DNA of 64,000 nucleotides from the NCBI GenBank assembly GCA_977020255.1, contig CDROCS010002398.1:310001-374000 (forward strand), written 5' to 3'. Each line of letters starts with the position of its first letter. Position 1 is the first letter of the stretch. Source of the DNA: Obrimoposthia wandeli (Eukaryota). Positions 46,732 to 58,627 of this stretch are shown piece after piece. The notes beneath the pieces are model-generated. The model made no database searches and had not been told where the DNA came from. It worked only from the letters and a program-made list of their open reading frames with translations. Both the position numbers and the translations under genes were made by a program.

Positions 46732-47280
46732 CAGGTCAAGTTAAGGTCATGACCTCATGAGGTCATCATCATGAGGTCAAGGGTACAAAGTTGTCTAGGT
46801 CATCATGAGGTCAAGATCATTTAAGGTCATGATGACTAATTTGATGACTCATCAAATAAAAATGAAATTTATTTCGAATTTATGTAGTTGATTATTTAAA
46901 ATTTTTTGCGACCCTATATATATATCTTTCTTATAAATTCTTATAAAGAAAATTTTTTTTATGACCTTGTATATATGTATGGATATAAATTTTTATAAGG
47001 AAAATTTTTTTTATGACCTTGTATATATGTATGGATATAAATTCTTATAAAGAAAATTTTTTTTATGACCTTGTATATATGTATGGATATAAATTTTTAT
47101 AAGGAAAATTTTTTCGCGCCCATAGGGCGCAAAAAAAATTTCTCGCGTAAAATTTTTCGCGAGCCTGTATTTATTACTCGTTGATCCACCGCGGGCCCGG
47201 AGGGCGCGCGTGACCCGCGGTGGCCCGATGAGTGCAGCGAGTTGATCCACCGCGGGCCCGGAGGGCACGCTTTGGCCAAT
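46732..47280. repeat. Right subterminal repeat region of element B
   Basis: About 8 AGGTCA/TGACCT hexamers (46732-46840), ~53-bp tandem units (46930-47110) and a GC-rich direct repeat TTGATCCACCGCGGGCCCGGAGGGC x2. Confidence 0.85.
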
Positions 47281-47399
47281 TTTTTTGGCCTCTCAGGACC
47301 TTAATCAAAATTTTGGGAGCATTATGAGATTTTTAAATTTACAGGGTGTTATATGGAGTTAATTATTTTTTTGAGTGTTTGGGAGAGGGGGGTAGAAAA

Positions 47400-47494
47400 T
47401 TTTTCTACACACCTATACGAAATTTCACTCCACACACATGCATGGTTTTAAAGGACAGTAGGGGAATGGATTAGACTGGACACATCCACCTACT
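47400..47494 (-). repeat. Right terminal inverted repeat of element B (imperfect)
   Basis: Reverse complement begins AGTAGGTGGATGTGTCCAGTCTAATCC. Confidence 0.85.
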
Positions 47495-50400
47495 TATTAA
47501 TTTGACAATTCATATTTATATTTCCATCGAGGATGCAACCAATATTCGTTATTTTAATTTTAAATTATTAATATTTTTATTGACATAAAATTATTTTTTC
47601 TTTAATACAGTTTATCAAAATAATCTAGTTTCGATTTTTTTCATTCATCTTCATTTGTTTTGATTTCATCCATACAGCTATTTCTTTAACAGATGTTTGC
47701 GCAAAGGTAAAAAAACTTTGAACCAAATCAGCTTCTTTTCATTGATTTCAATATTTTGCAAATCTTTCAATAATATTTTACGATTAACAGCGAAAAATAC
47801 ATTTATTGTAACACTTTTGTTCAACATGAAGCCAACAATCTTTAGGTTACATTTCATTTACATAATACCCACATAAATAAAAGTTTGTTGTGTTTTAATA
47901 ATTTTAACGTACTGTTTAGATAATTTTTTTTTCAAACTAATTTTTTTGATTTAATCTAAATTCACATTCATTTCAAATTTCCACAAAAAATACCATTTTC
48001 CTTCAATATAAAGTCGAGTGTCACTAACGTAAAGGTGGTATTATATTTTATATTTATTGATAACGGTAACTTTTGAACTGGTACAAATTGAATAACCGTT
48101 GTAAACTGCACACTAGAGTGTCACGCACTATGGATTTACGTCTTTCATGAGGATGCATTAGTTACTTTTCATTGAAATACAACTCTATGTGAATTTTCCT
48201 TTTCCTAATATGTGTTTAACAACAATTTTATGTCAATTTTGGTTATATTTTAACACTATTTTTTATAATTGTATATTGATTTGTTAAAAAGATTAATTCG
48301 CTATAATTAATCATATTTTCCAACATCCACTATTCAACAATTTTCAAGACAGTTTTAAAATCAGATTTATGTTGTCAAATTTTCCACTACATCTTCAAAT
48401 TACCACATATTAATTATATTTTCTAAACAAATCATCATCTAAATTGAGATTATCGTATGGAATGTAACAGTTTTCATGCTTTTTGACGAAGTCTAAGCTT
48501 TGTAATATTTGTTTTAACGATGCTTTCCGACAGTTTTCAATGAAATTTCTTTCTAGGTTTATACTGGCAGATTTCAAACGAACTAAGCCACTAAATTTAT
48601 GCTTGAAATGTTTCTATATTATTTTTTTATTAGCTTTTGATGTTCAGAATTTACATGAGAAGGGATTGGTATTAAAGTTAATTTTGAACTAAAATAAAAG
48701 AAAATAATATTTTAGTGTTCATTATAAGTAAGATTAAAGAATGTCTACTATGTCAGGTACTTCTGTATTAATATAGTTTCAATTGGTATAAAAGCCACTA
48801 TAATTCCCGTTTTCTCCAGAATCAGAAGCAGCAGTTTTGGTGCGAATGACCTTGAATATATTTCGGATTTTGGATTGATAAATTTTCAGAAACCTTTGGA
48901 TGTAGATTCAGAGAATTTGTTCTAATATTCTAAATTTGAAAAATTCTAAGAATTGCTTATTCATTCTATAGCTACTTGATTAACAAAATATTTGCTCTCA
49001 TATTCATTATTTTAAAATCTACTTATTTATTTGTTTGTTTATGTTAAAATTGTTATAAAATATATATTTCTTGATTATTATTTCCGCCTCAGTAATTTTG
49101 AGGATTTATACATTTACCGGACGTTATTTTTCGTCAAAGTGGTTAAAAAGAAAATTCGTTTACGTTTTAAAATTGCTTTAAAATACATAAATTTTTGAAA
49201 TCCTTAGCAACATCACATTTTAATAATATGGTTACACACAAATTTAATAGTTTGATTATTTCTATCTCTAATTGTTTTTGAGGAGTTGGTATTAAACATG
49301 GTTACTGACAATAATTTTCTTGAACATTTTGAAAATATGAAGAATATTTGTGATATCCACTCCGACAAGTTCCCTTTTCAATTGCATATATTAGCCATTT
49401 TAATTATTTGTTTATGTACACTCGTTATTCTTATTTTTGTCATAACTGTGGGGGAGACTGGAAGCTGATTTTACCAACCGAGTGTTGATTTGTGTGAAAA
49501 GAGGATAATACGCATTCAAGCCCACTGTGTTGAAAGTTTCAAAAAGGATTTGACAAATGTAGTCAATTTTTTCCATCGAAAAAACGATATATTTTTTAAG
49601 GGAATAAAATACTTAAAGGTTGAAAGCATATTTATTTTTACATATTGTAATTTGTATTGGATAGTTTTAATTAATCTTTTTCAAGTAGATTTCATTGGGA
49701 AATTAAAATTGTTTACATTTTTGTTAGTACTCGAATATTTCTCCACTTCCATACTTCAAAGGGTTTTTTTTCAAGATTCTAGAAACCACACTGCGTTTTA
49801 TTTTATTTGCTTATTTTGATTTTTTGCAGAACAGGAAATTTCTCTTTCGTTGAGATTTTATTTTCCATCAGCATTTAAAAATTTTTTCAATAATCGACCT
49901 GGTTTTTTATAAAAGTTTAGACTGTTGTAAGGTGTCAGTGAATTAGTTTGCTGATCTAGAATGAATTTTATGTTTTAGTAGATCCAAAATAATTGTATTC
50001 TTATCTTTATTTCGATATTGATTCTTTGTCATACCGTTTTTTTTATAGTACCTATTACATTCTTAAAAGTAAACAAATAATTCAAAAATATATAAAAATG
50101 CTTTTAATTTTTGAGACTTTTCACTAAAAAATTAAATGTTTAACCTTATTAAAAAACAATTTTCATTTATAAAATTATATTTTTCAATATTAAAGTTTGA
50201 AAGTTCTATATAATCCTGATTTTAACATGCTATAAAAATTTGGGACAGAATATACTTAGTTAACTTGGTCTACCTAATTTAATAAGCGTATACATATAGT
50301 TAGTACCTGCTGAAAAAAGTCATTGATCACACAAAATTTTTAAATCACACTAAATAATTTAAAACAAAAGGTAATTAATAAAAGAACATTATCTACCTAA

Positions 50401-51241
50401 AAATAGTTCACATTCTTAGAAACCTAAATAACAATAGTAAATTAATTATTTGGTAACATAAATGATACCCAGGTAACGTAGGGTTAACTAAAATATTTAT
50501 ACTCATAATTAAAAACGGAAATTTTAAACTTTTTTGAAATAAATAAAAACTTATTCAACATTGAATAAACGAATTTAAATTAGAAGAAGTACACAGAACA
50601 GAAAACAGAAAATATAACTGATAAAATAAGAATAAATAATATCAAAAAATATGAAAAACAACTACAGCAGAACAAATTCTATTACAATTCAAATTTAATA
50701 TATTTTAAAACTTTTCATTTTTGTAATTTGTATTTACTACTAACAAATGAAGAAACCTTTTAGTAGACTTTCTGAAATATACAAGACTAAATAGGTTAAG
50801 AAAGAAATTTAAAAGTATATATGAAATACTCAAATGATATTTTTGGTTAATTTATAATAAGCGAATTAGTGAAATAATTATATATGATAGATATTTTAGG
50901 TTTATACTTTTTTTTATTATACTTATACTAATCAACTGATTTAATAGACCAAAACTTCAAACTGGTTGGTTGCTAAATCAATGTAGTTTATTTTTTATAT
51001 CGCTTTTGCAGGATTTCAGACTAATCCGATATTTGTCAGTAAATTAAATGAATTATTATTAACAAATTGACGAGTTATATCAATTAGTTTTAGTGATATT
51101 GTTGAACATTTGAAATTTATTAGAAATTACCATTTTGATGAAATAATCTTTTACCAACTAATCAGCTGTATTTTTTTCACAAGACAATCACAGTAAAATA
51201 TAAAATTGTGTAAAAGGAATTTTGCAGTCTATGATTATAAA

Positions 51242-51930
51242 TCATGTTTCGCACTTCGTTATATTTCGATTAGATGTTAATAGATGATGTTCTGTTTCTT
51301 GTCTCGATGATCTGCAGCATAATTTCTGAACATCACTGCGAAATCTTTGTAAAAAAATGAGATTGAGGTAGAAATTGATTGCGTAATGAATGTCCTTGAT
51401 GGATGATGCAAGTTTACTGGTCTCTGAAAGCGAGATTGTCAACTGTTGTTTGGACCCTTTATTGAATGGTGATGTGAGAACACTTCGTACGATGATTATG
51501 ACAGCAAGGGGTAAAGTAACGAGAGAGAATGCAGAACTGAGAGCGAGATAGCCTATGAGTTTCATAGAACCGGCATTGTTGTCAGTCATAGCGGATTTTG
51601 GTGTGCTGCTGGAATGGGAGCTGAGTCGCTGACGTAGTTGTCGACGACGGGAGATCTGGCGACCAATGACGCAGTTGCAGCTCAGTACGAAGACCAATGG
51701 AACAACGTAGAATAGCAGTGATTCACAATAGAGCATCATCTGGGAGGCGGCTGTTGAGATTACGGAGCAGCTGATGTTGTTGAAATGCTTGTTCAAGTAT
51801 GCTTCATGGTCAACACGGAAGAACGAGATATATGGACAACATAGAGCTATTCCGACTAGAACTATGCCGCTACACAACAGCCTGCAAGCAGATACGAGAT
51901 TTGATACAAATGAATTGTGATGTACATTGA
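51242..51930 (-). CDS. Rhodopsin-like (class A) peptide GPCR, 3' part (TM4-TM7)
   Basis: Hydrophobic helices LFYVVPLVFVLSCNCVI, LALSSAFSLVTLPLAVIII, IHYAINFYLNLIFLQRFRSD (NPxxY-like region plus helix 8). Confidence 0.75.
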
Positions 51931-53449
51931 AAGATAATTAAATTCTGTTTATAAATAAGGCATTCCAAAAAGATGAATTATATTCAATACATTCTTTTAT
52001 ATTTAATCATCAGGGTTTATTAAATTTCTGTAATTTGAAAGTTCATTCGAAATTGTTTGAATTATTTTATTTTAATATTATAAATTTATTATATTTCAAC
52101 TTCTACTTTCTGTGTATAGAAAGTTTGTCACTATTAACAAACTTAAAGGTTGTCAGAACATAAAAATAGTAGTAATTAAAGAGAGTTTACAATATTTACA
52201 TTGCATCTGCTCAAACCGGAAGTAAAATATTTCCAAGCTTCAGTTTCTTTTCCTAATATAGATAAAAGTCTACATATTTGTATAAGAATTGTTCAAAAAT
52301 CTAATACAAATTGCTTTTCGTATATCTAAAAATAATGTCTCCTACTTTATTTTTGATCAACTTCAGATAAAATATTTACAATTCCAAATTTTGTTCATTC
52401 CAAATTATTTCATTTTACCTTCAATTACTCTTTGGATTTATATACTCTCTCGCTTTCTGTAGAGAGTGAATTAGTCTTACTTATTTGAATAAATAGTGTA
52501 TTTCGCCATCAATCATTGATTTACTGATAAACTTTACTGATAACATTTACATCCAACAAGTAAAGACACATACTAAATGGTTTTCTAATCTGCAATTAAT
52601 TCTCTCTGCTATCTTTCAATACAATGCTACAGCTTCTTAGTAACTACTGTAAAGTTATTACGAAGTCTGGATTTATGCTATACATTTATCTAACAAGAAA
52701 TTGTTTATGCCAATAGAAATAAAATATGAAGGTTATAAAAGTGACCTTAAGAGAGTCAAAATTGTATCAATACATATATTTTTATTACAAAAGACTTTTA
52801 GAGAAAAAATATCAACAAAATATTCAATAACCCTAATATTACAACTTTTAAAATATGAAATTAAGTTTGCAAGGTTATTGATTAATTCAGATCCAACAAT
52901 TTAACGCTTCTACCTGGGTCTGTATATAGTCTCGATTTATCTATTATAGAGAATGTATAGAAAATTTTAAAATATTTTTTGGTCTATGGCAGTTTCGATT
53001 TGTATGGCAGGGATATAAAGGTTTGAAAAATAATCGATGACCAAATTCAAATCTTTGAAAATAAATTGCCATTTTGGGAATAATATTGACTGATTTGTAA
53101 GGGTTCTTGTAAATGAAAGTTCTAGGGGGAAATTGAAAGTGTAAATTATCATAAAAATATGTATGCATCATATTTGTGTTTTTAATTGAAAAGCATATTT
53201 TTGTTTTTCAAGTTATTTTTGTTTGTTTTTAAATGATATTAAAATAGCTATTATTGTGAAACATTGTTTGATTAATATTTCAAATGAAATAAAAAACTTG
53301 AATATGCTTACAACAATTTTTATTAAAAAATACTTTAATATCGTCCATATGTACTGTTAAAAGAACTTTATATGATTAACATACGTGGTTCATTAAATAG
53401 GGAGTGACAAACGTAAAAATGGGGATAATAAAGTATTAAAGTTTTTATT

Positions 53450-54330
53450 TTTCTATGTATGATTCAAGTCGGTCAACAGATTATTCAGTAGGTTAAATGG
53501 CATTCTTGAGAAATAATGTTTCCCAGTATTCTGAAAAGCATCAGTATCTTCTTCTATAAATTTGTGCTTATTTGGAAAATATTTAATCCTCGAATGGTTC
53601 TTCGAATGTTTAAAAAGATAAAAGTATCTGGAAGTATGGAGGATGTTCAATCAGGTCCAGGCCAGCATTGAGAATTCACTGCATTGATTTGGTACTTTGA
53701 CAAATTAATGCATTGTCTTGTATTTCTTATTTCTTACTTTTTGGAAACTTTCAATTAGTTCATAGAAAAAATCTGAATTTAGTTTGAGTAATTTATCAGA
53801 AAATTCAACTGACACAACACCATCAATGTTCCAAACGATGGAAATGATTGGTTTCACTTCCAATTAGTTTTGATGCAGTTTCTTTCCCAATTTCCATTCT
53901 TTGGATTTTCTCTATCACCTAAAGTGGTAAGGACTAAGTGGCTTTTTAAGAATAACAATATTTTCAATAAAAAATCTTAAATCAGAATCTCCAAATGGAT
54001 TTCTCAAGCATATCTCCAATTAGAGCATATTTTACAACAAAACTGTATGACGAATCATGAACACCGTTTATAAGTGTCACATTTCTCCTAGATGTTATGA
54101 AGTTGTTCAACGCTGATCTAAAATTTGAATGAAACTAATCACTCAAAAATAATGGTTTTCTTTTATTATCCCCCTCCCAGATTTCTATTGGTATCTTGAT
54201 TTTCATCATAAAAAACAGTGCTTCGTTAAGCTTTAAAATATCCAATTAAACGAGTTATTGTTGCAAGATTCGAGGCTTCGTCTTTCTATGCTCGTTGAAC
54301 TTATGTTTTAATTTATTTTAAATCTCTCCA
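53450..54330 (-). pseudogene. mariner transposase remnant
   Basis: IISIVWNIDGVVSVEF, QDNA and LIEHPPY fragments; many stops. Confidence 0.6.
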
Positions 54331-55081
54331 ACTCTTAACAAAATTTCCATATCTCATTTGAGAAGTCAGAATTTTCAGGAATATATTGTTGGCAGATTTT
54401 ATAGGGTTTTATAACTGTCACTGATGATACAAGAAAGAAAAAAAGAATTTTCACTCTAATGCACTATGGATAGATAACACTAATTTTTGACATGATATTT
54501 TAACGTTATAACACCTGATAATTGAGGGATAAAAATAAATAAAATTTCTAAACGTAAGTGGAAAAAGGTAGGGGTCTGAGTAAAGAAGGAATTTTACTTT
54601 CGAAAAATCTTTTGTCCCATTAAAGGTAGTGTTTGAGTCTGATAAACAGGAATAGACTGTATTCTGGAAAAACACACGTTCAAAATAGAAATTTCAAAAC
54701 ATACTTACATGACAAAGGAATTAAAAATTAGCTAAATTCTGCTACTCAATTTATTTCGAATAGAATTGATTTTACCCAAATTTTATTATCGGTGACTCTA
54801 TTCATATAATTATGGGATTTACTTGGTAATGGGTAAATATTCATTTAATTAAAAATTGTTACTAAAATTTACTTATTAATAGGGCAAACAAAATGCAACT
54901 TTTGCAACTTTTTTCTCCTTTCTAAAATTGTCTTAGAAAGCTTATGATACAACTTATTTTTATTGGCTTCATAATCGATTTATTAACGCTAATTAAATTC
55001 ATTTCTAATATTAACCCGGTTACATTTAAGTAAGTTTTAATCATTTATTTACTTATTAACTCACTTACCAAGAATTTTCAA

Positions 55082-56061
55082 ATGCCTCGTGTTCTAAAAT
55101 ATCAAAAGTCTAAAAACATGCGAAGGACCATCCCAAAGAATTTATTGTAACACCAAAAGAAGATTTTTTTGTCAATAATGTAACCAAATCATCGCGTCTG
55201 GTCGCCGTTCATCTGTCTTACAAACCTTTCAACATCGAAGCATGTCAAAGAACTTCAAAATTGCAGTGGTACATCTAGGCAAACATCCATGCCTTCTAGT
55301 TCGACAGCAGGCAATAAGAGACTAATTCGGGCATGGCTTGCAGCTGATATCCCATTACATAAGTTGCACAACAATGAGCTACGAGAGCTTTTCTTATCTT
55401 TGGGACAATCACTTCCTTCGGTGACTACCTGTCGAACGTATGAAGAAGAGACTTTGCGAGTACAATCTTTAATATCTGAAGCTCCTTTTTTTCTTGTAGT
55501 TGATGAAAGTGACCTAAACGGTAACAAACATTTAAATATACTCATTGGCCGTCTATGCACACCAGAAAAAACATATTTATTGTTGCAATTTAAAATAATT
55601 TGCCATTTGTTAGGGAAGTTGAGGACCGCTGAAAAGGTGATGGACTCATAATCAGCCATGCGATTTCATCTGTCAATGCAGTGAACCTTCCTCGCGATCT
55701 GCTTCATATTAAAAGATGTTATGAATGCTTGGCAAAATTAGTGGTAAAATGCGAGTCAACTGCTTACAGCATTCGGGAAGCTCGGGCTGATCTCCATTCC
55801 TTAAACTTCGATGAAGACCCTTGCAATATTCAGACGTATGTAAATTCTCAGATCATCTAGAATAGCGGATTCAACGATATAATGACGATGAATCGAGGTG
55901 AGATTTCACCGTCATGGTACGAGCTTCTGCAGTTCTGTCAACCAACATCTGCATCGGTGGAACGGAGTTTTTCAATGTGGAGAAAATTGTTATCAAATGA
56001 CCGCAATTTTTTGCCGTCAAATGTGGAAAAATACCTAATTCTTTTACATAATAAGAAATAG
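55082..56061 (+). pseudogene. hAT-superfamily (CGGBP1-like) transposase remnant
   Basis: AWLAADIPLHKLHN..LRELF, FLVVDES, PTSASVERSFS..RKLLSNDR; frameshifts and stops. Confidence 0.7.
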
Positions 56062-58390
56062 AAATGTTTTGCTGTTGTTCTGAAAGCGATTAATTCGAAA
56101 AAAATGAATTTTTTAAGCATAGTTCTTAAATGAATAAATTATTAAAAATAAAATAATAAATGCAACTTTCGCAATATTTAAGCGCAACTTTAGATCGCTT
56201 TACTTTTTATGTATCATTTAAGATCAGTTTAAAAACAAGTTTTATTCGATTTAAAATAAAATAACAAATATATTTATCATAATATCATTATGGAAGATTA
56301 TAAAAACACATTAATTAAGTAATTTTCTTTATTTTTAATATATAATTTCTACTGTTGATTTTGTCCAATCACAACGGTTTTTTTAAAAAAGTAATCACTA
56401 ATTTAAAAACATCAGACTTTCAAAACAATTCTTTCTTTCATATATCATCCCTAAATTACTTTATTAATAGAGTTACAATAAAATATAAATTAATTAAAAT
56501 AAATCTAAACCAGAAGGCCAAAATTTAGGAGAGCTCATTAACTTTGAGTATAATGTGAAAACCAACCCTATATATAACTCTGATGATGACTTAAATGTCT
56601 ATGAATGAAATGTAACTAAGACTATCACAATCCATTTATCTTTTGTGTTTGGAGAGAATTTAATTTAACTTTGTGTATTTTTTTAGAGTTCAGAGTTCCT
56701 TGAGGAATTCACAGAGCCCATTAATCAGTACTGCAGATTTCTTAGTTTGATATTGTTCTCGGTGGGCGCCAAATTTGATAGTTGAAAATATTCAATATTT
56801 CATTAACGTTTTCTTTATATGTTCATCAATTTGAAGTTGTTTAATAAAACTGCGTAACAATAAAAACTCTTATTTCCCTCTTTAACAATATATCATATTT
56901 CTAGTTTAAATGTTTTAGAGTTTTTCGAAAATATCATTAAAAATCCATCGCACTCAGATTTTGAGAAAATGATATGGTCAGAAACACAAAATAGCGATTT
57001 GACATATATACATATATACATTCCTCGGATAGTATGGTTTCGATTGGTGCGGTTTTTGCTATAATACAATTTTTACCTTTGTTATTTTTTAAATTTGAAT
57101 AATTTATTAGAAATTGATAATCAAGATTCTTGGATGTACCTTTTGGCAAGCTATTAAAGTAACAAGGGGGAGAAAATTCCATAAGTGCAAACGAATTTTG
57201 AAAATGTTACAACATCTGAAATGCCATTGAAAATATCGGCAAATGATGGCGTGAAGTAACAGCGACCAACATTAAATCGGTTTGGAAAATTCTTTGGTAA
57301 AGATAACTTTGGATTTGAATATCTGGATGGTGAGAATGTGCTTCGCATTCTGACGACATCGATCAGTTGTGGAGGCGTTACAGACTGGCATTCGTTGCTA
57401 TAAAGATATGCATGCTGATAAGAAAAAGAAGAAGCAAGTGGCACTCACAACTTTGTGGAAATATTTCTCAAAATAAATAATAGACTACCCCTTATAAATG
57501 TTTTAGAAGCAATTAATTGTTTTACATTGGTTTAGATGGTAAAACAGGTTTAAGTTAGTACGTTTTTACATATTACGGTATATTGTTGGAACAGATTAAC
57601 CGTACTATTCAAGGACTTTCTGTATTTTGTTATGACAATCGATTAGTAGGTACGATCTGCTATGAAACATTGCCATAACACTCTTATCTAAGACACAGGA
57701 ATATAGTTTATCAACTAGAAGGTACTCCTCCTTTTTGGTCAACAGTAGTTCCTGATTTGTGGAATTAAAATTAGACAAATGGATTATTTGGACTTCTGGC
57801 TTTACAGCGACTGGAGGAATAGATTCTACCAAAATCTGAGACCAATAAAATCTTGGTGAACTCAGAGAAAGATTAGTTACACTATTTAACAATGACAAAT
57901 CTAATGAAATTCAAAACTCGTGTGGATCTTTGAGAAAGCGTCGCAACTGTGTGTAGAACATGATGCTGATCAGATTGATAATTTATTATGATCTTATTTT
58001 ATAAACCTATGTAAAAATATAAAAACTATTTTGTTTCTTTTTAAATCTATATAAAAATACTTATCAAAAACGGCTGAAAGATCACTAACACCCTGTATAA
58101 TTTGTAGGGGGAAAATATCTATTGAAATAAAAATATATATTCAAAAACTGAAATATTTATTTATCTTTTGTTAAGTTTTAAACCATTTGTTAGGCATGTA
58201 AACCCATAATTAGTTTTGGTGTTCGATGAAAGTGTAGCATTATAAAATATTCAATGGTTCTGCAATGATGCAACAAAAAATTAAATTATTCACTGAAATA
58301 TCTCATCTCTAGTTAATGAACATTGTCAAGTTTGCTGGAAGGTTTCTTTGTTTGATAAGTGGTTTTGAGGGGAAAATAAAAGTAAATATT

Positions 58391-58627
58391 AGTAGGTGGA
58401 TATGTCCGGTCAAATCCACCCTCTCCCCGTAAAAACAACAAACGTAAATATGTGTCGAGTGAAATTTTGTGCATGTGTGGAGCGAAATTTCGTGCATGTG
58501 TGTTCACCCACCTCACCTCTCAAAAACTTCCTCAATATGTGGGAGTATTATGAGATTTTCAGTTTTAAGAGGTCTTAAATGGAGTTAATTAGTATTTTAG
58601 GGTGTTTGGGTAGAAAAACACTTATAC
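58391..58627 (+). mobile_element. Mini-Polinton / orphan terminus related to element B
   Basis: Starts AGTAGGTGGATATGTCCGGTCAAATCC; 58539-58627 matches the right subterminal sequence of element B (47313-47415) in the same orientation. Confidence 0.75.

Larger units (their letters stand above)
31941..47494 (+). mobile_element. Complete Polinton/Maverick (adintovirus-like) element B, 15.55 kb, 6-bp TSD TATTAA
   Basis: Left end AGTAGGTGGATGTGTCCGGTCTAATCC, right end GGATTAGACTGGACACATCCACCTACT; TATTAA at 31935-31940 and 47495-47500; full core gene set. Confidence 0.97.

Noticed and set aside
47500-50900. Short ORFs in the AT-rich stretch after element B
   Set aside because: No recognisable motifs, non-ATG starts and composition like intergenic DNA.
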